In this document: piece after piece, positions 16,869-26,512 of the stretch | Layout: the number at the start of each line of letters is the position of its first letter | How positions within the stretch are numbered: the stretch's first letter is position 1 | Origin: Promethearchaeia archaeon | GTDB taxonomy: Archaea; Asgardarchaeota; Lokiarchaeia; Sigyniarchaeales; SOKP01 | Direction: 5' to 3' | Assembly (NCBI GenBank): GCA_046497275.1 | Contig: JAWOFX010000029.1 | Coordinates: 1-32,000 of the forward strand | DNA: 32,000 nucleotides | The notes under the pieces: model-generated | Seen by the model: only the letters and a program-made list of their open reading frames with translations | What the model was told of the DNA's origin: nothing | Database searches by the model: none | Translations under genes and position numbers: made by a program

Positions 16869-18731
16869 TTAGTGTTTATAAAGTATTATCTTTTTCCTTC
16901 TTAATATATAAATAAGCCCAATAATGCTCGTGGTTGAGAATGCAATGAGAACGATTGGTTCATATCCTGGAATTTCTCCTCCTGGTTGAGATATCGAGAT
17001 TACTGTCGCAGAACCATATTTCACGCTAGCGAAACGAAGAACGCCGTTACTATCCCAATCCATATCAATATTAATGTTTGGCATCGGGTCTGGCATATCC
17101 ATTTGCATAGATTTAAATGTTATTTGTGTTTTGTCATAGGTACTCCCAAGAAACATTAACAAATTACCAACTGCCGGATAAACCAAGGCTTCCATAGGAT
17201 CTGAAAAGGCAACTTCGAGGTCAGCTGGATCAAAAATCCATATACCATCTTCAGGAAAAGGAAAATCCTCGGTAATATCATAATATTCTCCAGTACCAAA
17301 ATCAGCATGTATTGTATAATTAAGTTGGGTAGCATTTAATCCGCTTACAACTTCGGCCTCATTTAATATTTCAGTTATATTCAATCGAAGTTTAATTCCT
17401 GTCGTAAGCATTGCGAGTTCTTCTACTTCACTAAAAAGCATATCAAAGCTCAGCATTGAATACTCCCATAACTCATCAATTAACTCATTTATGGATAGTT
17501 CATACCACGGAACTCCGAAATATTTAATAGAGAAATTATAAAAACCGCCATCATCGGATTGATTAATTGCGTATAATAACTCGAGAGAAGCATTATTTAG
17601 AATCTCACCTGCAGTAATATCGGGTGCAAATGGAAAATTCTCCATATAGAGAGATTGATTGATACCCATTTTCATGAATTCTATACAATATGATATATTC
17701 ATACTCAAAATGTCAAATCCCGGATCCTCAATAGTTTCGTTAATATTGGTTAATGTTTCATTAATTAACTCTGAAATAGTGAGGACGTCCCAATCTTCGG
17801 GGATAATTGCTGCGTTAATGTCATAATTGATTCCCATCATAGTAAGATTTAACAGATCAGACATGCTACAAGTAACAAGATCTAAGGGGAAACCATCAGC
17901 ACCAGCAGTTTCATTAAGTATATAAATTGATTCATTTAATAATTCCTCCATATCCCAAGTTAAAAGGAAATCTGCCACTTCATCTCCATCAGAAGTAAAA
18001 TTAACTATATACAGAATGAAATCAATGAAATTACTGTCAAGTCCAGGAATTATGCCCTCCATAAAGCCGGACATAGTTAGATCTTCCCAATCATCGGGGA
18101 TTTCAAATGTGCCACCAGTGAAATATGTCAAAAGATCATTCATAAAATTATTTAATTGCCACATTAGAAGTTCCTTAAATGTTAAGCTTTCCCATCCATC
18201 AGGTAAAGCTCTTTCTACTGGTGTTTCAGCAGCGATATCCTCAATAATTGTGTCAATTATATCAAAAAGAGTATCTTCAGTAGCACCTTGTGCTTCAATT
18301 ATTTGATCAGCAAAAGCAGTTAAATTCATAGATTTCCAATTCGTTAATCCCAAATCATATTCAGTATTTACAAATTCTACCAAGGTTTCAATTGTTCCTT
18401 CAAAGAGTTCGGTTAAATTGAGGGATTCCCAATTAGGAGGTAAGATATCAGAGAAAATATCAATGCTTATTTGTTTAAAGAACTCAGTGAAATTTAAATC
18501 TCCATATTCATTCAATTCTTCTTTAAAGTCATCTTTAACACCTTCCAAATCGTCCATAATTTTATCTATAGTGCTGTTACTCAAAACAATATTCCATTCA
18601 TAAACGTCTCCTTCAGAAACACCCACATAACTTGGAATGGTTTGAGCAGTAGAATATCCTTGTAAAGATATCGTAGAAAACATAAGGCTTATTATTATTA
18701 ATGTTAATAATAGTTTTTTCTTCATTTTCAA
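16869..18731 (-). CDS. Secreted acidic surface protein with a Loki-CTERM-type C-terminal sorting signal and internal PxxW repeats
   Basis: Signal peptide KKKLLLTLIIISLMFS; PSYVGVSEGDVYEWNI N-terminus; C-terminal EIPGYEPIVLIAFSTTSIIGLIYILRRKK. Confidence 0.85.
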   Translation of the reverse strand: MKMKKKLLLTLIIISLMFSTISLQGYSTAQTIPSYVGVSEGDVYEWNIVLSNSTIDKIMDDLEGVKDDFKEELNEYGDLNFTEFFKQISIDIFSDILPPNWESLNLTELFEGTIETLVEFVNTEYDLGLTNWKSMNLTAFADQIIEAQGATEDTLFDIIDTIIEDIAAETPVERALPDGWESLTFKELLMWQLNNFMNDLLTYFTGGTFEIPDDWEDLTMSGFMEGIIPGLDSNFIDFILYIVNFTSDGDEVADFLLTWDMEELLNESIYILNETAGADGFPLDLVTCSMSDLLNLTMMGINYDINAAIIPEDWDVLTISELINETLTNINETIEDPGFDILSMNISYCIEFMKMGINQSLYMENFPFAPDITAGEILNNASLELLYAINQSDDGGFYNFSIKYFGVPWYELSINELIDELWEYSMLSFDMLFSEVEELAMLTTGIKLRLNITEILNEAEVVSGLNATQLNYTIHADFGTGEYYDITEDFPFPEDGIWIFDPADLEVAFSDPMEALVYPAVGNLLMFLGSTYDKTQITFKSMQMDMPDPMPNINIDMDWDSNGVLRFASVKYGSATVISISQPGGEIPGYEPIVLIAFSTTSIIGLIYILRRKKIILYKH

Positions 18732-18855
18732 TCAATAAGATTTTTTATAAAATACATTAAACCCTTGTAAAAAAATAATTCAATCCATTATTTAAATATA
18801 TTTCAATTTGGTATGGATGAAAGTTTTTAATTTTTTGTGAGTTTTATAGAGTATC

Positions 18856-19791
18856 TTGGTAAAAGAGAATATAAAAAAAGGGATAATATTTGGGTTTTTT
18901 GCCAATTGTTTCATAGGTCTACAGCCTATAGTAGCTAACGCTCGACCAGAGTATATTGATCCTTTCTTTTATGCAGCATTGACAGTCTTATTTGAATCAG
19001 TTGTTTTCTTACCCATCATGATAATAAAAAGAAGAAAAATTAAAAACGATTTTAATGATGGATTAATTTCTCAAGAAGATTTTTATTCTCTACTATATGG
19101 ATATAGAAAAAATAAATTAGTTTTAATATTTATTGGAGCTGTTTTTGGGATGGGTCAAATTCTGTTTTTTATTGGATATCGTTTAGCAGGTTCAATAAAT
19201 GGGTCATTAGCTCAGAAATCTACAATTTTCTTCTCTCTTTTGTTTGGATTTTTATTTTTAAAAGAAAAAATCACAAAACTTCAGATATTATTTTCGATAT
19301 TTCTCTTCTTTGGACTTATTATTGCTGTTACTGAAGGTTCATTTAATTTATTAACATTAAATCTAGGAGTTCTTGTTATAATTATTCTAACATGTATGTG
19401 GACGATAGCTCATACCTTAACAAAACCTATATTTGAGAAAAACGAGGGGTTCCCTTCTCAAATAGTTGTTATTAGAAATGGAATAGGTGCTGTTATTTTG
19501 TTTAGTATTTTTTTTATTATTTTTCCAATCCAAGTAATAAATATGTTATTAGATCCTGTTTATGTTTTTTGGGGTTTTGCAATGGGAGCGACTTATAGCA
19601 TAGGTTTGTTTTTTTGGTATCAAACTCTTTCATCCTTAGATGTTTCTAAAGCAAGTATCCTCGTTTCTCCGACTCCAGTTGTGACCGCATTATTTGCAAC
19701 TCTGTTATTACATGAAACATTTACATTTTTTGATTTTTTAGGCACTTTAATCATAATCGTGTCTATCATTATAATAATGAGAGAGAAATAG
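18856..19791 (+). CDS. DMT/EamA family transporter
   Basis: About 10 TM helices; GSINGSLAQKSTIFFSLLFGFL, SKASILVSPTPVVTALFA and TTG start. Confidence 0.85.
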   Translation: MVKENIKKGIIFGFFANCFIGLQPIVANARPEYIDPFFYAALTVLFESVVFLPIMIIKRRKIKNDFNDGLISQEDFYSLLYGYRKNKLVLIFIGAVFGMGQILFFIGYRLAGSINGSLAQKSTIFFSLLFGFLFLKEKITKLQILFSIFLFFGLIIAVTEGSFNLLTLNLGVLVIIILTCMWTIAHTLTKPIFEKNEGFPSQIVVIRNGIGAVILFSIFFIIFPIQVINMLLDPVYVFWGFAMGATYSIGLFFWYQTLSSLDVSKASILVSPTPVVTALFATLLLHETFTFFDFLGTLIIIVSIIIIMREK

Positions 19792-19870
19792 ATTATTAAA
19801 TCGGGTATTTTATTGTTTGATAATTTCTCCTAAAAAGTAAAACTTATAGGACAAAAATTTTTAGAAAATA

Positions 19871-20680
19871 TTGAAAATGTCAGATAATATAATAATAAAA
19901 GTACGGAACTTAAAGAAATACTTCGAAAACGTGAAGGCAGTAGATGGTATCTCTTTTAATGTTAGTGAAGGGGAGGTTTTTGGATTATTAGGACCGAACG
20001 GTGCAGGAAAAACTACCACGATTAAATTACTTCTGGGTTTGCTTGAACCCAATGATGGCGAAATGGAGATATTCGGGTTAGATCCGCAACGTAATGATGT
20101 TCAAATAAAGGCAAATACGGGTTATGTCAGTGAAGAACCTTTGATATTTAAATCCTTAACACCGAAAGATATCTTCAATTTTATTGCCTCAATCCGTGAA
20201 CTTGATGAAACAAAAGTCCAAGAACGAGCTAAAGAATACTTAGAAAGTTTGGATGCTCTTGAATTCTATGATCAAATGGTTGCTACATTATCTCATGGGA
20301 ACAAACAAAAAATCCAGATTATTTCGTCAATTTTGCATGATCCTAATTTGTTAATTTTAGATGAACCATTAGCAGGACTTGATGCGAAATCAGTAAAAGT
20401 GATGAAGGAAATACTTGATATACATACTGAAAATGGAGGAGCAGTCCTATTTTCAACTCATATTATGGAGATTGCTCAAGATATTTGTGATAGAATAGCG
20501 ATTATAAATAAAGGGAAACTAGTTGGAATTGGAACCATAGAGGAATTACGAAAACAATCAGATAAATTAGGGGCGAGTTTGGAGGATGTTTTCTTACGTC
20601 TAACGGAACAAGATACATCAGTTAATGACATTGTGAAAAAATTAAGAGAATCTTTCAAGAAAAAGAAGGAGTTGATGTGA
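19871..20680 (+). CDS. ABC transporter ATP-binding protein (ABC-2 type)
   Basis: GPNGAGKTT, LSHGNKQK, LLILDEP and STH. Confidence 0.95.
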   Translation: MKMSDNIIIKVRNLKKYFENVKAVDGISFNVSEGEVFGLLGPNGAGKTTTIKLLLGLLEPNDGEMEIFGLDPQRNDVQIKANTGYVSEEPLIFKSLTPKDIFNFIASIRELDETKVQERAKEYLESLDALEFYDQMVATLSHGNKQKIQIISSILHDPNLLILDEPLAGLDAKSVKVMKEILDIHTENGGAVLFSTHIMEIAQDICDRIAIINKGKLVGIGTIEELRKQSDKLGASLEDVFLRLTEQDTSVNDIVKKLRESFKKKKELM

Positions 20681-20684
20681 TCTT

Positions 20685-23282
20685 TTGGATGAAAATCTTC
20701 TTGATTTATATTCACAGACAAAATATATAACCAGAGAAGTTTTTATAGAATCTCAACTACAATCTGCTGGCTCAAACCAAGCGCGATTGCTTGAAAAGAT
20801 GGAAAAAAATAAGAATTATATGCGCAATAACGTAATTGCTTTAAAGATTGTTTATGCTTTTGTTTTATCTTTTATGCCTATAATTCCTCTAATCTCATAT
20901 TTTCAAGTAAGAGAATTATTAGGAAGTGCTCCAATTGAAGCAATTATATTTACACAAAGTATCATTTTCTCAATATTCTTCGGATTAAATTTTGCGTATC
21001 TAATTCTATTCGGAATGTTAAATACAAGTTCATTTATGTCAGGAGAATCGTTCGAATGGCTACATACACTTCCGATATCTGAGAAAAAGATGAAGAAATT
21101 AGGTTTTTTAACTATTTTTAGAAGCTTAGACCTTCCTCTTATTGTAATGATGGTATCTTTTCCTATCATTATCGTAATCGGAACTCGGGATGTTTTATTA
21201 ATGATAATTACAGCTATAGTATCTGTACCTAATGTTATTTTGAGTTTTAGTGTTTTAATATTTATCGGAGAGAAACTTAGTCGAATTCTTTATGGAGAAC
21301 AAAAAACCACTAAAAAAACAACTATTCTTAGAATGGTGACAATGATTAGTTATATACTGATGGCAATGAGTTTAGGTTTTATCATAAATTTATCTGTTCA
21401 AGCTGTTGATTTTTTATTTAATATTTTTATAGTTTCGGAAGATATGTTAATCCTCAGCATCATTTTCACTTTAATCCCTTACCCATTCGCTCCTAGTTTT
21501 TTAATATCTAATTTTTCTGCACCCTTACAAATCTCACCTATTATTTGGACTACAACTATTATTGGTTTTATTCTTTTCGTATTATTAACGTGGATAATAT
21601 ATCATAAAGCAGTAAATTCACTTAAAGCAGTCACTGCATTCGAGAAAAAAGAGGAAAAAATTGAACAGCCGATAGAAAGAAAAACTGAAGTGATCCAAGT
21701 TGAAATAACAACACGAACCCCTATTATGGCATATCTTCGAAAAGATCTCACAACCGCTACAAGAGATTTTCAAACTTTTATGTTTTTATTAATGCCTATA
21801 ATTTTTCCACTTATTTTAGTTCTTTCTGGCTCAGCGGCAATAAGTTTTACGAATCCTATTCAAGATGTAATAATTATTTGGGTTTTGATACTAGCAAGTT
21901 TGGCTTATATTCCAGCGATTTTAGTTTCAGGATTGCTTAATATGGAAGAAACAGGAGCTACTATTTTATCCTCTTTGCCTATTATCCCTAGAGATCAAGC
22001 AAAAGCAAAACTCTTATTAATGTTATCAATTCAAACTGCTTCGTTTTTAATTGCACCATTAATACTTTCCATTGTTTTTGGAGTATGGACTATCTTTTTA
22101 TTAATTGGTGCTTCCATTCCTCTCGGATGGACTTTTATGATTCTATTTTTTGAGCTTAAGATCAGGTTATTTGGACAGATGCGATATAAATATGTAATTG
22201 AAGAAATAAATAGGGAAAAAAAAGTTTTAAAATGGGCTGTTATGCTTATCGTAGAATTAGGTTTATTTGTTTTAGTTTTAATTATTGTTTTAAATATCGC
22301 GTTCTTAATAACCGATATTATTCTAATTTCAAGTGTTGTTCTTATAATGGGTTTAATCGGTACATTAACCACTTGGTATTCATTCAATCGTTTGTTTCCA
22401 AAACCTAAAGAAATGGGAGATTATGCAACTGGGGGTGCTCTAAGAGAAACTCCAATCATTGGAGGTGTAGTTTTAACACTGACATATTTTGGATTCCAAA
22501 TCTTACCAGGCTTCTTAGAAGCGCTTCTCATACTTCTATTATTCCCTTTTTTATCATATCTGGGTTTAGTATTAATAGATTTCATTTTCATATTTGGTTT
22601 CTTAGCCCTCTTATTTCTATATGTAGTTCCTTTTGGATTTAAACTTCCTTTCAAGGATCGTAATTTTAGTGAATATCTTCAAGATGTCGGGTTGGGTAAG
22701 AAGCAACCGATATTTAAAAATATTTTAATTGGAGTCTGCGCTTTTATATTCTTTGTACTAATAGTAGTACCCGGTGGAGTAATTTTAGGAGATTTTACAT
22801 TTGATCTTGATATTTTATTTGGAAACCCCAATCTATCTAATCTTGGGTGGTTTTTATTCATTATTATGCTAATCCCAGGGATATGGGAAGAGTTTTCCTT
22901 TAGAGGAGTGATTATGCCAAACTTGAAAAGAAAATATTCGGATGTTTCAGTGATATTAATAAGTGGAATCATTTTCGGTCTTGCTCATTCAATCAACTTT
23001 TTAAATATCCTTGCCGGACTAAATCCATTATATGTTGGTTTTCAAATATTCTATGCGTCGTTATTGGGTTTCAGTTTTGGATATATGTTTTTAAAAACTG
23101 GCAGTCTAATTCCTAGCATCACTTTTCATTATCTTGTGGATTCTGTTGGTCAGCTATTTTTAAATGTTTACTTTAGTAATTGGTTAACGACATCAATATA
23201 CTTGATTGTATTTATAGGAATTCTACCAACGCTTATAACTATCCTATTCGTTAGATATATCACCAAATCAAACGAGAGATAA
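20685..23282 (+). CDS. ABC exporter permease fused to a C-terminal CPBP (type II CAAX/Abi) intramembrane glutamic protease
   Basis: Two permease-like halves (AYLRKDLTTATRD), then PGIWEEFSFRG, IIFGLAHS and SITFHYLVD CPBP motifs from about 22875; 4 nt downstream of the ATPase gene. Confidence 0.88.
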   Translation: MDENLLDLYSQTKYITREVFIESQLQSAGSNQARLLEKMEKNKNYMRNNVIALKIVYAFVLSFMPIIPLISYFQVRELLGSAPIEAIIFTQSIIFSIFFGLNFAYLILFGMLNTSSFMSGESFEWLHTLPISEKKMKKLGFLTIFRSLDLPLIVMMVSFPIIIVIGTRDVLLMIITAIVSVPNVILSFSVLIFIGEKLSRILYGEQKTTKKTTILRMVTMISYILMAMSLGFIINLSVQAVDFLFNIFIVSEDMLILSIIFTLIPYPFAPSFLISNFSAPLQISPIIWTTTIIGFILFVLLTWIIYHKAVNSLKAVTAFEKKEEKIEQPIERKTEVIQVEITTRTPIMAYLRKDLTTATRDFQTFMFLLMPIIFPLILVLSGSAAISFTNPIQDVIIIWVLILASLAYIPAILVSGLLNMEETGATILSSLPIIPRDQAKAKLLLMLSIQTASFLIAPLILSIVFGVWTIFLLIGASIPLGWTFMILFFELKIRLFGQMRYKYVIEEINREKKVLKWAVMLIVELGLFVLVLIIVLNIAFLITDIILISSVVLIMGLIGTLTTWYSFNRLFPKPKEMGDYATGGALRETPIIGGVVLTLTYFGFQILPGFLEALLILLLFPFLSYLGLVLIDFIFIFGFLALLFLYVVPFGFKLPFKDRNFSEYLQDVGLGKKQPIFKNILIGVCAFIFFVLIVVPGGVILGDFTFDLDILFGNPNLSNLGWFLFIIMLIPGIWEEFSFRGVIMPNLKRKYSDVSVILISGIIFGLAHSINFLNILAGLNPLYVGFQIFYASLLGFSFGYMFLKTGSLIPSITFHYLVDSVGQLFLNVYFSNWLTTSIYLIVFIGILPTLITILFVRYITKSNER

Positions 23283-23387
23283 AGGTTTTATTTTAAAAAA
23301 ATTATCTTTTTATTAAGCCTTTTTTTTTGAATAATAATTCTCTAATATTTAACTAGAGTTAACTATATTCTATCAAAAGATCATAAA

Positions 23388-23798
23388 ATGAGCGAAAAAT
23401 TATATCCTATAAGTGTAAATCCTGATTTATGTAAACGTTGTCAAAAATGTTCTTATTCTTGTCCAACGAAAGCAATTTTTTGGAAGGCTTCTATGAGATA
23501 TGTAAACTATAATAAATGTAAGGGATGTTTAAAATGCGTTGAAGTTTGTGAGCATGGAGCCGTTTCAGTCATTTCTATTGAGGAAGGAATTCTTAAAGGT
23601 TTTAAAATTGATAAAGAAAGATGCAGTCTATGCTTAACTTGTACAAAAGAAGGTTTTTGTTTTCAAGATAGGTTTTCATTTGATGAAGAGAAGAAACAAA
23701 TAGTTTTTGATGATAGTGATTTGAATAAATGCTCAGCGTGCCTGAAATGTTTCAAATCCTGTCCGGAAAATGCGATAATTCCCATTATAGAAGAATAA
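23388..23798 (+). CDS. Polyferredoxin (4 x [4Fe-4S] motifs)
   Basis: CKRCQKCSYSCP, CKGCLKCVEVCE, CSLCLTC...C and CSACLKCFKSCP. Confidence 0.9.
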   Translation: MSEKLYPISVNPDLCKRCQKCSYSCPTKAIFWKASMRYVNYNKCKGCLKCVEVCEHGAVSVISIEEGILKGFKIDKERCSLCLTCTKEGFCFQDRFSFDEEKKQIVFDDSDLNKCSACLKCFKSCPENAIIPIIEE

Positions 23799-23878
23799 GA
23801 AAAATATAAGCTTCATTTGGATCTTATTAATAATTTGAAATCGCAATAAATAAATATTTTCTCTTTTGATTTTAAAAT

Positions 23879-24091
23879 ATGGCAAATCTAAGTGCGAGAA
23901 ATCAATTAGAAGGTACTATTAAAAAAATCACCGAAGGAGCTGTAAATTCTGAAGTAATCATAGAGCTCCCCGGTGGTATTGAAATCACTTCCATCATTAC
24001 AAAACATTCTGTAGAACGTTTGGGTCTTAAGGAAGGGAAAAAAGCCAAAGCCGTGATTAAAGCAACTAGCGTAATGATTGGAACTGATTAA
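23879..24091 (+). CDS. mop: Molbindin / TOBE-domain molybdate-tungstate binding protein
   Basis: LSARNQLEGTI...ITSIIT..SVERLGL..G....AVIKATSVMI, the classic Mop signature. Confidence 0.93.
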   Translation: MANLSARNQLEGTIKKITEGAVNSEVIIELPGGIEITSIITKHSVERLGLKEGKKAKAVIKATSVMIGTD

Positions 24092-24112
24092 ATAATTTTA
24101 TTTTTTTTATTA

Positions 24113-25396
24113 TTATTTTGAATTTAAAGATTCACTATTAATATATCCCAAACAGATCTTTAAGACTTGCTCAAGTGAGCCTCTTTCTATCATATCCAAT
24201 GTGTCAGTTGGTTGATGATAAAATTTCATTAATTCCTCCAATTCCATCGCAGAAATGGTACTAGCTTTAATATTAGCTTTAGAGAACGCAGCAGCATCGG
24301 TTCCACCACTTATTTGTCCAATAAGTTTTTCTTTAACAGATGATCCGAAAGCTTGTGCATTAATATTTACACTCTCAGCCGCTTTAATAAGTTTTTCAAC
24401 AACCTCTTCGGAATGCTTAGTCCTGGTGGTAGGTTCATATTCTACAAACTTTATCTTATTCTTACTCATAATCCCATCCATATTCACGTTTTCAGCATCT
24501 AATTTTTTTAAATTCTCTTCATGTGCTTCTACATATCGATAGGCACCTCTTAGACCTGCTTCTTCACATCCGAAGGAGATTAATCTAATTTCTGTGTTTT
24601 TAGGAATAAGATTATTATGTTTTTTCAAATGTCTTCCGATTCCCAGTACTATCGATACTGCACTTAAATTATCAACAGCGCCAGGAACTTTATTTGCTGT
24701 TTTTCCGGGAGTGACAAAATTAAATAACGCTATCAAGGGAATAATCCCAATTATTAACAACCAATATGCTATGGTTAATAAAATGTGATATAATTCTATA
24801 GTGAATATTGTAAAGATAAAATATAATAATGAAACGATTAACCAAGTGATCATTATTCCCAATCCAAGAAATATAACTATTGGATATCCAATTTTTAAAT
24901 AACGTAAAAGATTAAATTGGAGTGCTGAGTCATGATGACCGGAAAATATAAGAATTTTTCTTATTTCACCATTTCCTCGTATTTTTCCAATTACATTTTG
25001 AGATTGTCGCTTTTTAAAAATTGGATCAATAAACTCTCTATAATTAAAAAACTCATTCCAAATAATTATGAACGCAATGCCATTTAGCAGGAAAATTAAA
25101 AATGAAAAAACTAGTTCTATTAAATATCCATAACCTTTTGGTTGGAATAGGAAGAGTAGAAAAGAAATAAAAACCATTACTACATTTATTTTAATGAATC
25201 CTAAGAAGGCACGAGGCGCGCAAGTAAAGGTCTCGATTTTTGTCTCGTCACATACTTTTTCCAGTTCATTTCTAATTATTTTTGCTGCCTTTTCTTCTCT
25301 TTCACTACAAGGCATTCGTGGTCCACATTGATCGATTATTTTATCGATAATATCATATAAATATGCAGAATCTTCAGAAGATATTTCAATATTCAT
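24113..25396 (-). CDS. M28-family metallopeptidase with inserted TM hairpins
   Basis: GPRMPCSERE, SGHHDS, GAVDNLSAV, FGCEEAGLRGA, GGTDAAAF and YHQPTD. Confidence 0.88.
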   Translation of the reverse strand: MNIEISSEDSAYLYDIIDKIIDQCGPRMPCSEREEKAAKIIRNELEKVCDETKIETFTCAPRAFLGFIKINVVMVFISFLLFLFQPKGYGYLIELVFSFLIFLLNGIAFIIIWNEFFNYREFIDPIFKKRQSQNVIGKIRGNGEIRKILIFSGHHDSALQFNLLRYLKIGYPIVIFLGLGIMITWLIVSLLYFIFTIFTIELYHILLTIAYWLLIIGIIPLIALFNFVTPGKTANKVPGAVDNLSAVSIVLGIGRHLKKHNNLIPKNTEIRLISFGCEEAGLRGAYRYVEAHEENLKKLDAENVNMDGIMSKNKIKFVEYEPTTRTKHSEEVVEKLIKAAESVNINAQAFGSSVKEKLIGQISGGTDAAAFSKANIKASTISAMELEELMKFYHQPTDTLDMIERGSLEQVLKICLGYINSESLNSK

Positions 25397-25552
25397 ACTA
25401 AATCATCTGCTTAATACAATTTAAATCTTATATAGAAAAATATTCCAAATAAATTTGTATATTAAAGTAGATTTAATTTTAAAATATAAATAAAACAAAT
25501 AATTACCTAAACATCTTATTATAATCTATTCAAAATATAACAATGATTCATA

Positions 25553-26392
25553 ATGGCTGATTTAAAAAATAAAACTCTTTTCATAACAGGAGCAAGTAGA
25601 GGGATTGGTAAAGCAATAGCTTTAAAAGCAGCTCGAGATGGCGCTAACATAGCTGTTGTCGCAAAGACTAAAGAACCACATCCAAAACTTCCCGGAACAG
25701 TATATACTTCAGTAGAGGATATAGAAAAGGTTGGAGGACACGGACTGCCTTGCATTGCTGATATCCGTTTTAAAGATCAAGTTGAAAATGCAATAGAAGA
25801 AACTCTTGACAGATTTGGTGGAATAGATATCTTAGTAAATGATGCAAGCGCAATTAATTTAACTTCTACTCTCAACACTTCTATGAAGCGATTTGATCTC
25901 ATGTTTTCTGTAAATGTTCGAGGGACTTTTCTTTGTTCTAAATTATGCATTCCTCATTTGAAGAACGCAGAAAATCCTCATATTCTGAATATGTCTCCTC
26001 CATTAAATCTCGACCCGAAATGGTTTAAAAACCATGTAGCCTATACAATGTCTAAATATGGGATGAGTATGTGTGTATTGGGAATGGCGGAAGAATTTAA
26101 AGAGGATGGAATCGCTGTAAATGCATTATGGCCTAGAACAGCCATAGCAACAGCCGCCGTAAAGAATTTATTGGGAGGGGAAACATCGATAAAACATTCT
26201 CGGAAACCTGAAATAGTTGCAGACGCTGCTTATTATATTCTTACTTCCCCTAGCAAAGAATATACGGGAAATTTTTTCATAGATGATGAGGTTTTAATGG
26301 AAAATGGAATAACAGATCTGGAGAAATATTCTGTTATTCCTGGAGCGAAATTAATTCAAGACTTTTTCTTATATGGTGGGGGAGAAACTTAA
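25553..26392 (+). CDS. SDR family NAD(P)-dependent oxidoreductase, HSDL2-like (lacking the SCP2 domain)
   Basis: TGASRGIG, AKTKEPHPKLPGT, HILNMSPPLNL, YTMSK and VNALWPRTAIATAA. Confidence 0.92.
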   Translation: MADLKNKTLFITGASRGIGKAIALKAARDGANIAVVAKTKEPHPKLPGTVYTSVEDIEKVGGHGLPCIADIRFKDQVENAIEETLDRFGGIDILVNDASAINLTSTLNTSMKRFDLMFSVNVRGTFLCSKLCIPHLKNAENPHILNMSPPLNLDPKWFKNHVAYTMSKYGMSMCVLGMAEEFKEDGIAVNALWPRTAIATAAVKNLLGGETSIKHSRKPEIVADAAYYILTSPSKEYTGNFFIDDEVLMENGITDLEKYSVIPGAKLIQDFFLYGGGET

Positions 26393-26512
26393 ATTAAGAT
26401 ATATAACTATTTTTTATAGTAAAATCCTAAGGAAGGAGTCTATTTTTTTATTATTCTTTAAAATTCAATAGGTAATTAAAAAACAAAAAGAAGATTAATT
26501 GTTAATCCAAAT

